From Oikopleura dioica (lineage: Eukaryota > Animalia > Chordata), in assembly GCA_907165135.1 (NCBI GenBank), contig OU015569.1:12028001-12092000 (forward strand): 64,000 nucleotides of DNA, given 5' to 3'. The first letter of the stretch is position 1. Every line of letters starts with the position of its first letter. Below the pieces are notes generated by a model. That model was not told the origin of the DNA, did no database searches, and saw nothing but the letters and a program-made list of their open reading frames with translations. Made by a program: the position numbers and the translations under genes. Shown here piece by piece: positions 12,653 through 24,427 of this stretch.

Positions 12653-12965
12653 TTGCGGTTTCAATTATGCTCGCCTGCAATTCGCATATTGTCGATTGGA
12701 AGTGGTGATCTTTAGGGCGAAAGATTGTCGATTTTCCGTAATGACCATTTTTGGCCTGTGTAGAAACCTGAGTCAGGCTTCGAGAGACCCTAAATGAAAT
12801 GCCGCTTAGGGTCTTTCAAAGCCTGACTCAGGTTTCTACACAGGCCAAAAATGGTCATTACGGAAAATCGACAATCTTTCGCCCTAAAGATCACCACTTC
12901 CAATCGACAATATGAGTCATATTATATGACCATCGAATTGCAGGCGAGCATAATTGAAACCGCAA
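12653..12965. repeat. ~310-bp palindrome centred on a truncated family-A core
   Basis: Left arm 12653-~12780 mirrors right arm ~12820-12965 apart from a 19-nt insert in the right arm. Confidence 0.85.
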
Positions 12966-15900
12966 TAAAAATCGACACACACCTTATCGGAGGTCAGCCG
13001 CGAAATTTCGTCGCTAAGAAATCTTCGCCTTAGGATTCTTCCTTTTTTAGCTTGTTATTTTATATTTATCCAAGTTTCGGAAAGGTTTGAAATGAAAACA
13101 GGCAGGTCTCTAGAAGCGGCTCTAAAATTCGGGCGCCATAATCCACTGTCATCGCGCTAGAAAGCTTTGAAATTTATTTAGGATTGTGATAAATATTCGC
13201 CCGTTTAATGTAACTCCCTGCGTCCTAATCCTCGCCCGGCTTAATTCCATTTCTTCCCTAACTGATTTTTCGCCCGAAAGTGCTTACATCAAAGCTGCCT
13301 GGATATCGTTTTTCTCCGCAAAGCATTAATTAATCGGGTTTAACTTTCTTTCGGAAATTTTAACGAGACTTTTAAGAAGCCCAAAACTAAATTACTAAAA
13401 TGATTTTAGAAGCAAGCGTTGTAGATACTAACCCAGCAGCTGGTCTTGACAACCTGTATAAAAAAGCTGATTTAAGGATCCCCCATCGACTTTATCTCAA
13501 TTTTCAAACAGCGTTTTATCCCCGTATACCCTTAGGATTTTCAAAAATTTTATTATTTTTATGTAGCTTATGAAGATTTCTAGAGCAAAAATGAGTTAAC
13601 AAGTGGATACCCTTAAGTTATCACTATCAATTTTTTTCAGAATTTCTTTCGGAAAAATCGCTAAAGTCGACGGAGGGATCCTTAATGAAATACGCGGCTT
13701 TTCTTTCAGGCACTTTTTGACCCTGACTCAGGTTTTTACACAGGTTTTCGAGTATTTCCCAGCAGGAAAAAGAGAAAAATAATCCTTGGCTACACCCTTA
13801 ATCTTAGGCCTGCGTCAGAAGTAAAGAAAAGAGTAATTACATCTTTCCCTAAAAAGAACAGATAATGGGTGGTTCCACCCTTAATTTAATTGAAAACCAA
13901 GCTGTAGGTTTTCACAACAACGATTTTGTAAACGCTTGACTCTCTAAATTTTTGGTTGAGCTTGTCAAGATGAGCATGATTCGTGTTTCAAATCGAAATT
14001 AAATTGTTAACTTCAAAATGTAGTTTGATCAGAAGAGGCGGAAACAAGACGTGTTTTTCTAGCATAACTTTTTTCTCTTTCAATTTTTAGTTTCAACCAA
14101 AAATACAATTTTCTTGTCGCCAGTCTGTCCATTTTCGCGTTTGAAAAAAGAAACACTTTTAGAATCGCTAAAACAGCTTTTTATTTATCTTAAACAGCGT
14201 GCCATTATATGGTTTTGTAACACTTCTCTGTTTGATGTTAGTTTGATTTGACACACGTTTTTTGGATTTAGATAATTTAGCCAAGTGAAAGAAAGTTCTC
14301 ATTCTTTCTTGGATTCGAATTCTTGTGCCGAAAGAATTTGCTTTTTATCAGATTACCAGAACTGGTTTTTGATAAGGCGTTTATCATTGAAAGAAGAAAG
14401 ACATGAAGATTCGGGATTTCTCTCCAAAATTTAAGGGGGTGTGTGAAATCGAAAAACCATAAAATCAAGATGAGTTGATGCACAAGGAATAAAAATTTAG
14501 CGCCAATGAATCGGTAAAAATGTCCTAATCTTTTCATAACTACAATTGTTGACATTATAAAATTATACTTAGAACAAATAAGATTTTGTCCTCTTTGACT
14601 CATAGACTATGGCTACCTGTAACTAACAATAGGCTCTTCGGAGGCTTCTTGAGGGGGTTGCGTCAAGAACAGGCAAAAAATATTTCGACAAATTTTGCGT
14701 GGGCGGCTTCATGGCTGCTGATTGGCCGGTTTGCCGAATCCAGGCTTCTGATTGGTTGAAAATTGCCACCGAAAATTTTTCGAAATTTCTTGTCGGTTCT
14801 GACACCTCGAAAGTTTAAGATTGTGACACCCTCATTTTCCTTCACTGAAACCCCCTTAAGCCTAACCCTAACCCCTTACCCCCCAGTAGATAGCCCCTGA
14901 CCTAGAAAAAGGTCTGGAATCATGACCTTGGTTAGGGTTAGGGTTTGAAATAATTTTTTAGAGCATAAAAATGACATTTGATCGAACTCTTATCCATCAT
15001 TTGAACTCAATTACTGTTAGTACTCAATTTTAGAGCTCGCGCAAAGAATAACTGTCTCCAGAATTGAGAAGAGTTTCAAAATAAATCGCGAGTTATAAAA
15101 ATCAAAGCGATTTTTCGGAATAAGAATTTCAATTCTTGCCCAATCACTAATTAGATCACAACTCGGGCACAATAAATCGAATCAAGTGTTTGTCGTAATA
15201 CTGTTTGGCGCGTTTTGGCGTAGTAGGTGGCGCTCGCGAGCTGTTTTCGCGATTTCTCGCGGGGTTCGATACGCGCGCCGCGCTCTCTGACCCCACCTCT
15301 CAGACGACCCTTCCGGTAAGCGTTTTTCTTGCATCATTACTTTGCAAACTGCGGAGTTCTTACAAGAGATATAAAAAATAGGAGCTTGATCCTCGATTTT
15401 TATAATTTTGAAAAAGAGTTTTTGAAAAAGTGCGAAAGAGAGAGAGAAAATGAAGATTAGCAGCTTTCTCTCCTCGACCGGAGCTTTTGCGCAAGAAGCG
15501 ACCACGGCTTTTCCCTTTTTTGGAACAACGCAGATGGACCTCTCGATTCTCTGGGGCACTGATCAGCCCAGTGTTGCCAATCTCAAATCTTCAGTAAGTC
15601 TGAAAATCTAAACTGGGCTCGGGCTTGTGTTGAATACCTGAGTCAGGGTCTGAAAGAGGCTTCTTTTATAGAAAGATATTTTCAGACCCTGACTCAGGAA
15701 ACCTGTGTAAAAAACCTGAGTCAGGATCTGAAAGGTCTTACTATAAAAGAAGCCGTTTTCAAACCCTGACTCAGGTTTTCTACACAGGTTTCCGAGCTCA
15801 AAATCTAACTGCCCTTCAATTTATCAGGAAATGTCGAAATTAGACGCTTCTTTGTCGAGAAAATTTCCAATAAAAAATTCTGCTAAAATCTTAAATCAAT

Positions 15901-16245
15901 AATTTTAACACAAAACTTTTATTTTACAAAAAAAAAAATAAAAAAAATGAAAATAACTAAGATTTTTATTCAAAGATGTGTGGTTAAACCAATTTATTAA
16001 AGTGATTTTACGGATCAGGCTTTTGATTGGCCGGTGGGCTAAATACAGCAATCTTATTGGTAATCCGAAAATGCACTTCCATAAATTGGTTTAGTCCATT
16101 TTTTTCAATATTTATGAGTTCTCAAAAAAATAGCTTTCATTAAATGAAAAAGCTTTGCAAGAAAATTGCTTCCACGACGATTTTTTGACATTTGAAGCAA
16201 GTGGTTCCTGTCGATCAAAAGTAAAATTAAAAGCTGATTTTTCAG

Positions 16246-16467
16246 AACGATGCGTTTAACTTGAAGCAGCCGATTCAGCCTTTCGGGAGCTTGAATTTGC
16301 CGAGCAAAATCGAGCAGCAGCAGCAGGCAACGACGATGTTTTTCGAATTCGATGCTTGGGCGAATCCGACGGTTCCATCTTTTCAGGAAGAAATTCAGCG
16401 AAATCCTGCACAGAAAGTGACGAGTTTTGACTTTGCATTTGGAGAGCCCACAACTGCGCCAGATATT
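16246..16467 (+). CDS. Isolated internal exon, Q/P/F-rich low-complexity protein
   Basis: tttttcag acceptor, 74 open codons (NDAFNLKQPIQPF...FDFAFGEPTTAPDI), gtaagt donor; neighbouring exons not identified. Confidence 0.4.
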
Positions 16468-19400
16468 GTAAGTTTGAATGAAAAATTTATTTCGCTATTT
16501 AAAAATTGGTTAATCATCTGAGTGTCCCTCGGGATTTTCGGATTGGCGTCTGAAACCGACAAAAAATTTCGACAAATTTTGCGTGGGCGGCTACTCGGCC
16601 GGTCAGCTAAATCCAGGCTTCTGATTGGTTGAAAATTTCCACGCAAAATTTATCGAAATTTTTTTTGTCGGTTCCTGACACCAACCCGGATTTTCGAGTT
16701 GTTTTTGGATCTAGGCGAAGCCGATCTGTGGCAAACCCTGACTCAGGTTTCCTACACAGGTTGGAGGGTCCGGACCCTTATCCGTTAAAATGGGTCAGAA
16801 ACCGGAAAAAATTCCGACAAATTTTGCGCGAAAATTTTCAATCAATCAAAAGCCTGAACTCGGCTCAGTGGCCAATGAGAAGTCGAGTAGCCGCCCACGC
16901 AAAATTGGTCGAAATTTTTTATCGGTTCCTTCACCCGTTAAAATGGGGGCCCCCTATTTTTAAACTTCCACACCTCTATCTATTTTTCGCTTGGTGTTCC
17001 CTTAAAATAATAGATAAGGGAAAATATTGGACAATTATGATTGTTGGCGATTAAAAATTATGGTTCTATTAATAACTCTTAATTGGTACAAAGAACTCCT
17101 TCGGTAAAACAAATGTTTCGCCTGTTTTGAGTAAAGAAGGTTGGACACGATCTTCGGTCAACAAAATTAGCTGCCAGCAAATGTGAAGCAGCTTTGAGAA
17201 AGACGCGTTGATTTGGAGGCAATTATTCCCGATTTCGCAAAAAAGTGCAGCGAAATAAAAGGATTGAGAAGGAGCGAGAGGCTTCTCTGAGAATGAAACC
17301 GATCTAAGCCGCCTTAGCCGCTCAATCGCCGAAATCAAAGAAACTAACTGAGCCGAGTTTAGACCAGAAGAACTCTTAACCACGTGTTAACGAGTCGATG
17401 TAGTGCAACTTTTGTGTTTGTTTTAGACGATATCCTCGACACGTTCTGATATTAAAAATCTTGGACCTTGTTTTTTTTCTCAGAAAAAAAACGAGATAGT
17501 AATGTCTTGTCCTAATTGCGTTAAAAACCTGAGTCAGGGTCTTTAACTGGGCTCAGTAACCTGAGTAGAACACCTGAGTCAGGCTCTGGAAGAGCTAAAA
17601 TGAAAAGCCGCGTAGCGGCTTTTTTAAAAACGAAGCCGCGAAGCGGCTTCGCAAATAAACCATATAAAATTTCTTTAAACTTATGGCGAAGCCTGACTCA
17701 GGTTTTCTACTCAGGTCCTGAATCAGCTTTAGATTTTGCCCCATATTGAATATTCTAGCTTCGCTAGAATTTTAAATATCCAATCAAAATTTTGCTTTTT
17801 TTTTTCAAATTTTTTGCCATTTTTTCGATAATAAAAGAATAGAACGAGAAAAGTACATATAGTAAAAGTACATAGAGGTAATTCTAATTTGAGCTTGCCC
17901 TTTGCGATCATTTTAGAGCGGGGTGTCTTGAAAGGGACATAGTAACGGGGCTATAAATTCGTGATGTCCCGAGAAGATGATACATAAACAGCATTTTACG
18001 TTTCCTGTTTACGTGTTCTCCTCGTCTTCGGAATCTCCGAATAAGGGTCTCGCATCAATAAACGAACTGAAAAGGGAAGATTCTTCTCTTTTGAGTTGCT
18101 CGTTTTCTTATCGCGCTGGCGTCATTTTGAAAATTTTAGAAAACTGTGAGATGGTCTATCGCAACCGCTCGAGAGGTTAATTGGAGCCTGGCTAGAGATT
18201 TCCTGCCTTTTTAAACCGTCTTTCAAAAATAAGGAAAAAGACGCCTCTTTTCACGTCTTCGTTTCTGACAGGCTAATTTGAACTCTTTACAAGAGCGCTT
18301 AGGTAATTTTTTATCATTCCAAAAAATGAATAGAAAAAAACTTAAGGCTTTAGACCTCGATAAATCATTTTTACTAAAAACTGTAAATTGTTAATTTTCG
18401 GAGCTCACAGCAACCTGTGTCAAAAACCTGAGTCAGGATAGAGATTCGCTGAAGCCTTTTCAGGAGGTTCGTATAGGCTTTGGCTCGGCAACCTGTGTCA
18501 GAAAACCTGAGTCAGGGTCTGAAAGATCTTATTTACGCGGTTTTTTTAAAAGCGGCTTCGGAAAATTATATTTCAAATCAATTTTCAGATTCCGGCAAAG
18601 CCGCGGCTATTCGTTAAAGATCACTCAGACCCTGACTCAGGTTTTCTACACAGGTTGCCGAGCCCAGTACAAAACCTTAGTAAGGGTCTCGGAAGATCTT
18701 CAAAGAAAAGCTTCCTCGGGGTTATTTTCAAAATCCCGAAAAAATGTGTCAATTTTTGACAAGTAGCGAGGGCTGTCCCCTTAAGATATCTCCAGAAGTT
18801 GAGCAGTTGAGAAAATGATGCTTCTATTTAGATTAACAAGTCTCGGTAATAACTCGCTCAAAATCGAAATTGAACATCGTTAATTATCAATTAGGAAACA
18901 CCCATCACCGCTTTTTTTTAGCAACTGTTTTTGGATGAAATGTTTTTCCAATTTCAATTTTTGAAAAAAAAGAGAGCTGCTTCGAAATTGGGCAAAAATA
19001 GGATTAGGGAGCGACACGTGTAGCAGAAATCACTTCGTGCGCGCCGAGCTCATATTTTCTAATCCGCTTTTAAGCTGGAACAAATGGCTCAAACTTTTGT
19101 GCAATGTATTTTCACGTTTTGCTCCCCTCAGCAAATTACGTTCGCCAATTTAATCTTGCTCCAATTTTGCGATTTTGAGCGGTCTTCAAAAGCGATTTTC
19201 TGGGCATAAACCTCCTAACACTCGTTTCATACAGGCTTGGGTTCAGCAACCTGTGTGGAAATCCTGAGTCAGGGTCTGAATGATCTTTAATGAATAGCCG
19301 CGGCTTTGCCAGAATCTGAAAAATTGATCTAAAATATAATTTGGCGAAGCCGCTTTAAAAAAAAGCCGCGTATATGAGATCTTTCAGACCCTGACTCAGG

Positions 19401-19672
19401 TTTTCTACTGAGCTCGGCAACCTGTGTGGAAAACCTGATTCAGGGTCTGAATGATCTCTAATGAGAAGCGGCGGCTTTTTTTCAATGAAGCCGCAGAGAA
19501 AAAAAGCCGCGTCTACGAGATCTTTCAGACCCTGACTCAGGTTTTCTGACACAGGTTGCCAAGAACAATGTGCGTATGGAACACATGAAAAATAATTCGA
19601 TTGTTCTATTTTGGCCAATCAAAAGCTCAAATTTCGTTTCATTCTATTTCTTATTCCTGGAAATTTCTGTAG

Positions 19673-20041
19673 CGCTCAACCCGGCTCATTTGGCCGATTA
19701 AAAATTCGCGAAACTAGTTTTCTAACACGAAAAAGCGTATCTGTAAGTTTCTCTTTTCAGAACATCTTCTTGAAGAATTCACAAGAGCTCGCCGTCGACA
19801 ATTATTCATTGGGCACAACTGCGATGGATTTCCTTCTAAACGGCTTCTACACGACTGCGGCGATGCCACTCTTCGAAACCACAGGTGAAAAGCAAAATAA
19901 TCTTTTCATTTTTGCTGGAACGCCAGTTTTCTAAAGCGGCCAAAGCAAAATTCCAACAAGCGCTCATGACAAGGCGTTTTGGTCGATTACTGGAAATTAT
20001 CCCTTCTTACTGGAAATCGAACAAAACTGCTCACAGCTTCA
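19673..20041 (+). CDS. Three in-phase exons of an unknown protein (19673-19742, 19761-19884, 19937-20041)
   Basis: GT-AG junctions join AQPGSFGRLKIRETSFLTRKSVS|NIFLKNSQELAVDNYSLGTTAMDFLLNGFYTTAAMPLFETT|AAKAKFQQALMTRRFGRLLEIIPSYW. The first intron would be only 18 nt, so it may instead be read through. Confidence 0.35.
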
Positions 20042-21591
20042 GTAATTATCCGCAGCTAATATTACAGTTAATTAATTAGAAATATTTCAAATTATTTATT
20101 ACTGATAAAATATCTTTTTGGAACCTTTTTTGTATAATATTTTTTTAATAATAAAAAAAAATTTTTAATAATAAAAAAAATTTTTATTAATAAAAGAAAA
20201 ATTTTAATAATAAAAAATATTTTTTTAATATTTTTTAAATATTTTTCTTTAATTTTTTTTTAATAATAATTATCATTACCTGAATTTAAGCATAATCATA
20301 TAAATTTAAATTAAAAAGTATATTTTTTAATGAAATTAATATTTTATTCAATAATTTTAATTCAAAAAATTCGAATAAGGTCCTCCACATTGTAACTTGC
20401 GATTGTACAGACTATACCGGTATGACAGTTAATTTTCCGCTTCATATTCTCGGATAATTCATCTATAGATTCCCAATTATGATCATTCTCTTCGTAAGAG
20501 AATTTTATTTTTGCGATAGAAAGTAAAGACAGCCGATAGTGGCTTCTTTTGAAGTCTGCCGATATAATAATTTATTTCGACTGATAGACGCATTTTTTAT
20601 CGTTGTATTTTAATGAAAAATCGATCACTGACAATTTAATAAATTTATTTTTTGGAAAAATTCAGGAAAGAGGGCGGCATTTTTGGATTACCAATAAGAT
20701 TGCTGCATTTGGCCCACCGGCCAATCAAAACCCTGATCTTTAAAATCATTTCTATAATTTGGTTTAACCCCTGATCTCGGCAACCTGTGTAGAAAACCTG
20801 AGTCAGGCGATTTCACGAAGCGGCTTCACGTTTTTCTGACCCTGACTCAGGTTTTCTACTCAGGTTGTCGAGCCTTAGGCTAGTAGTCTTTCTGGACTTA
20901 GAGACAATTTGGCAAACAAAAATCTAAATCCGCTGAATTTGTAAATCAACTTCCGCTGTTTTCATTTCCAACTGTTCCATTCGACTCAAGTCTAGTTTAA
21001 AATCAAGCAGGACAATTAGTTCCTTGAGCGTTAATAATATTAACATCAGTTTCAATTATTTTCGGGATTATTTTTAGAACGATTTCGGCTCCGTTAAGCT
21101 TTCCTTTGATAGTGTCAATTTGTTTTAGCGCTGAATCGTAGCTCTGCTCAAAACAAGCAAAAAAATGCTGTCCTCTAATTGATTTCTGATTTTGAATTTT
21201 GGAGTTTCGATCGCTGCGGATTTTGAGATGGCGATTTTGAGTTGACCCATCACCTAACTTTAAAGTGGCAATTTCCGCGATCCGGACCGTTAATATTTTC
21301 CCTCCCTCTTCTTCTTATCTAATCTTGCAATCGTCTTCCCGACTCTGAGTTGTCACAATCTGGGCTCAGCTACTCTCGGCTAAGAAACCTGTGTAGAATT
21401 CCTGAGTCAGGGTCTTGCTTAGCGGCTTCGCTCCGTGGTACTCAGGACCCTGACTCAGGTTTTTACAAAGGTTGCCGAGTCATATTCCCCGCGCTTAAGG
21501 GTGTCAACAACGATTGGGTTAATGTTCTTTGGCGAAATCGTTGTTGACACCCTTAATTTTAAAATGACAATTTTACGATATAAAATTTAAG

Positions 21592-22524
21592 AAGCGAATG
21601 CTCTCCCTGTCTTCACAACTGATCAATCGGAAATCATGGAAATCAACACAACACCAGCTACAGTAGCAAAAGACGAAGTGGACGAAACTCTCGACCTTGG
21701 CGCCTTCGAAGGTAAATTGAAACAACTTGAACTTGATTTAGGAATGTACGGGAAGAAAGGCAGCGAGGAAGAGTTTGAGAATTTGGAGAGTCAGAAACTC
21801 GACACTTTTCAAAATCAAATCGACGCGCTCGGAGTTACAGTCATTCCCTTTGGCGGGCGCGATGATCAACCTCCACGTTCAAAGGAAGAAACGTAAGTGT
21901 TCTTTTACCGGTCAATCCGACTGCTTAGTCCCCTCTTTTCCGGGAAAAAAATTAATCAAGTCCTCCTCAAGTCCGATGCATCATTCAAAAAGTAGATTTA
22001 GTAGCATTAACATTCAGTAGATCAGAAATTGGGCAAAACTGGAGCCTCTTTTCCCGGGAGAGTAAAGTACAGCTCTCAATTATTCATTTCGACCATCGAC
22101 TGTGTCTTTTCTCGTGAACGTGTTTTAAAAAAGTACTTTCAGAACAACACTGTCCGTCGAAACAACCACCACTTTTGCGGAACCAACGTCGACCACGCTC
22201 AATCTCGATGTGACATCTACCTTTCCAACAACAACTACAGTTGCGCCAACAACAGTGGAGCCAACGACAACTAGTCTTCCAACAACAACTAGTTCTATTC
22301 CAACGACTACGGAAGAAATTCTTGCCGAGACAACTTCCACCACTTCCACAACCTCAACAACAACAACAACCACTTCGACTACTACTACTTCTACGACTAC
22401 TTCTACGACTACTTCTACATCAACGACCACAACTTCCACCACAACAACAACTCCACTTAAAACTATCAAAATGACAACTATGATTCCAACAACAACAACA
22501 ACAACATCAACCACAACATCAACT

Positions 22525-22557
<33 letters not shown>

Positions 22558-22899
22558 ACGTCGACAACAACAACTACAACCACAACGACGACAACATCCA
22601 CAACGACATCCACAACGACAACCACGACCACTACAACGACGACAACGACAACTACAACCACAACTACAACCACAACGACGACGACAACAAGCACAACAAC
22701 TCGAAAAACAAGCAGCAACATAACTTCCACCGAATCATCAAAAACCACGATAGTGTCCACAGAGCAGTCTCAAAACGAGGAGACAACTTCTATCAATCCT
22801 CGAATCCAGACAACGACAATCGAGCCGTCCTCGTCGTCGCTGGTGAAAGCGTCGACGTTGCTAATCGCCTGCGTTTTAGCGTTTAATTTATTCGTCTGA
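21592..22899 (+). CDS. GPI-anchored Thr-rich mucin-like surface protein (exons 21592-21892, 22143-22899; signal-peptide exon not found)
   Basis: First exon starts xANALP (signal-cleavage-like) then an acidic region. Phase-2 junction AC|A joins a ~200-aa poly-Thr tract ending in SSSLVKASTLLIACVLAFNLFV*, a GPI-type signal. Confidence 0.75.
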
Positions 22900-23055
22900 A
22901 CAAGTAGATTTTCAGTTCCAAATCGCAATTCGACCCTAACCCAAAATCGACAACCTGTAAAAGTTTCTGTACAAAGTGTTAAATAAATAATCGTTTTTTT
23001 CTCAACATTCTCTACACTATTGGTGACGGCACCAACTCATCAATAAACTAACGAG

Positions 23056-24427
23056 ATGCAGCTAAAAGGCAAAGTGCAGCTGCAAAACAGTTACATTCAA
23101 CTAATTCCTCCAGAAAAGAGAGAAAGCATGCTGAGACTTTTTTATTCAAGGGTGCAAAATTACAATTTCAAGAATTTACTAGTAGATCTTAGAGAGTTAG
23201 GTTGCATTGAGAAGCAAGTAAGGAAGACAGGAAGGGCCTATCTCAGCAACCTGTGCAGGAAACCTGAGTCAGGGTTCTGATTTGCAGAGACGCGGGTTTT
23301 TGAAATATTCCACAAACCTGACTCAGGTTTTCTATACAGATTGTTGAGTCTAGCGCTCGGAAAGGGCAACCTCTATAGAAAACCTGAGTCAGGACTTGCA
23401 CAGGACCCTGACTCAGGTTTTCTATACAGATTGTTGAGTCTAGCGCTCGGAAAGGGCAACCTCTATAGAAAACCTGAGTCAGGACTTGCACAGGACCCTG
23501 ACTCAGGTTTTCTATAAAGGAAATGCTGCGCTCAGTTTTTGAGTAACTTTGAGAATAACAAAAGCCCTCGTGATCCCAAGATTGAAAATAATAGCATAAT
23601 AACTAATTAGGAAAAAGAGCTCAATTTTATACGACAAAAAAGAAACTCGAGCTAGCAATTAGGCTTCGTTAAATTCAACGTAAAAAAAGAACGTAATTGT
23701 ACCCGCTGAAGCAGCAATAGTAACGATATGCAGCTCGAGCGTTATTCCAAATCTGCTCAAGGGATTTATCGACACACAAGACCTAGGTGCGTTCTTTTTC
23801 ATTTTGCAAGCTAAAATGTTTATTTCGAGAAAAATTTGCTTCGTAAAAATTCTTCAATTTCAGTTATTATTTCAGGAGAAAATATGGACTATGGAATGAA
23901 TTTTAAGACGCCTGGACGGACTGGAAAAAATGATATTATTTGTAAGTTGAAATTTTCTATGAATGATTTATGGTTAGGGTTAGGGTTATTTCGCTTCAGC
24001 AACTTCTTTGGAGCTTAAGATAGTGATACCCTTATTCTAAGGAAAGTATAATGCATAATTGTTGAGTTTTTGGCATTAATAAGAGAACTTATCCTTGAAG
24101 CGGAATAAGGGTGTCACTATCTAAAAATATGAAGGAAAATCCGAATATGCTGAATTCCCCCAGTATTAAGATAGTGATACCCTTATTCTAAGGAAAGTAT
24201 AATGCATAATTGAGTTTTTCAAGAGCTTGTCCTTGAAGTGGAATAAGGGTGTCACTATCTAAAACTATAAAGAAAAATCCGAATATGTTGAATACCCCTT
24301 AATAAGGGGCCCTTTTTATTAAAATTATCGATGAACCAAATTCCTCTTACCAAAATTTGTAGCGTCGATAATGACGATAGCTTCAAATGGGCCGCCCGAA
24401 ATGGACGACATGTATTACAGTATGTGA
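23056..24427 (+). CDS. Possible multi-exon gene of unknown function interrupted by MITE arrays
   Basis: ATG exon 23056-23217 ending in gtaagg, candidate exon near 23690-23787 ending in gtgcg, candidate last exon from 24362 followed by AATAAA near 24492. Linkage tentative. Confidence 0.25.
23316..23517. repeat. Exact 90-bp tandem duplication within family-A sequence
   Basis: CCTGACTCAGGTTTTCTATA recurs at 23317, 23407 and 23497 with identical intervening sequence. Confidence 0.85.

Noticed and set aside
14277-17383. ORFs at 14277-14603, 15182-15559 and 17069-17383
   Set aside because: No recognisable domains, and strand or frame could not be decided from sequence alone.
19761-19884. Alternative frame LFIGHNCDGFPSKRLL resembling a DEDD exonuclease motif II
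   Set aside because: Lacks the conserved Asp, no other Exo motifs nearby, and the other frame splices more coherently.
22125-22760. 211-aa poly-Val ORF on the - strand
   Set aside because: Antisense shadow of the poly-Thr mucin exon.
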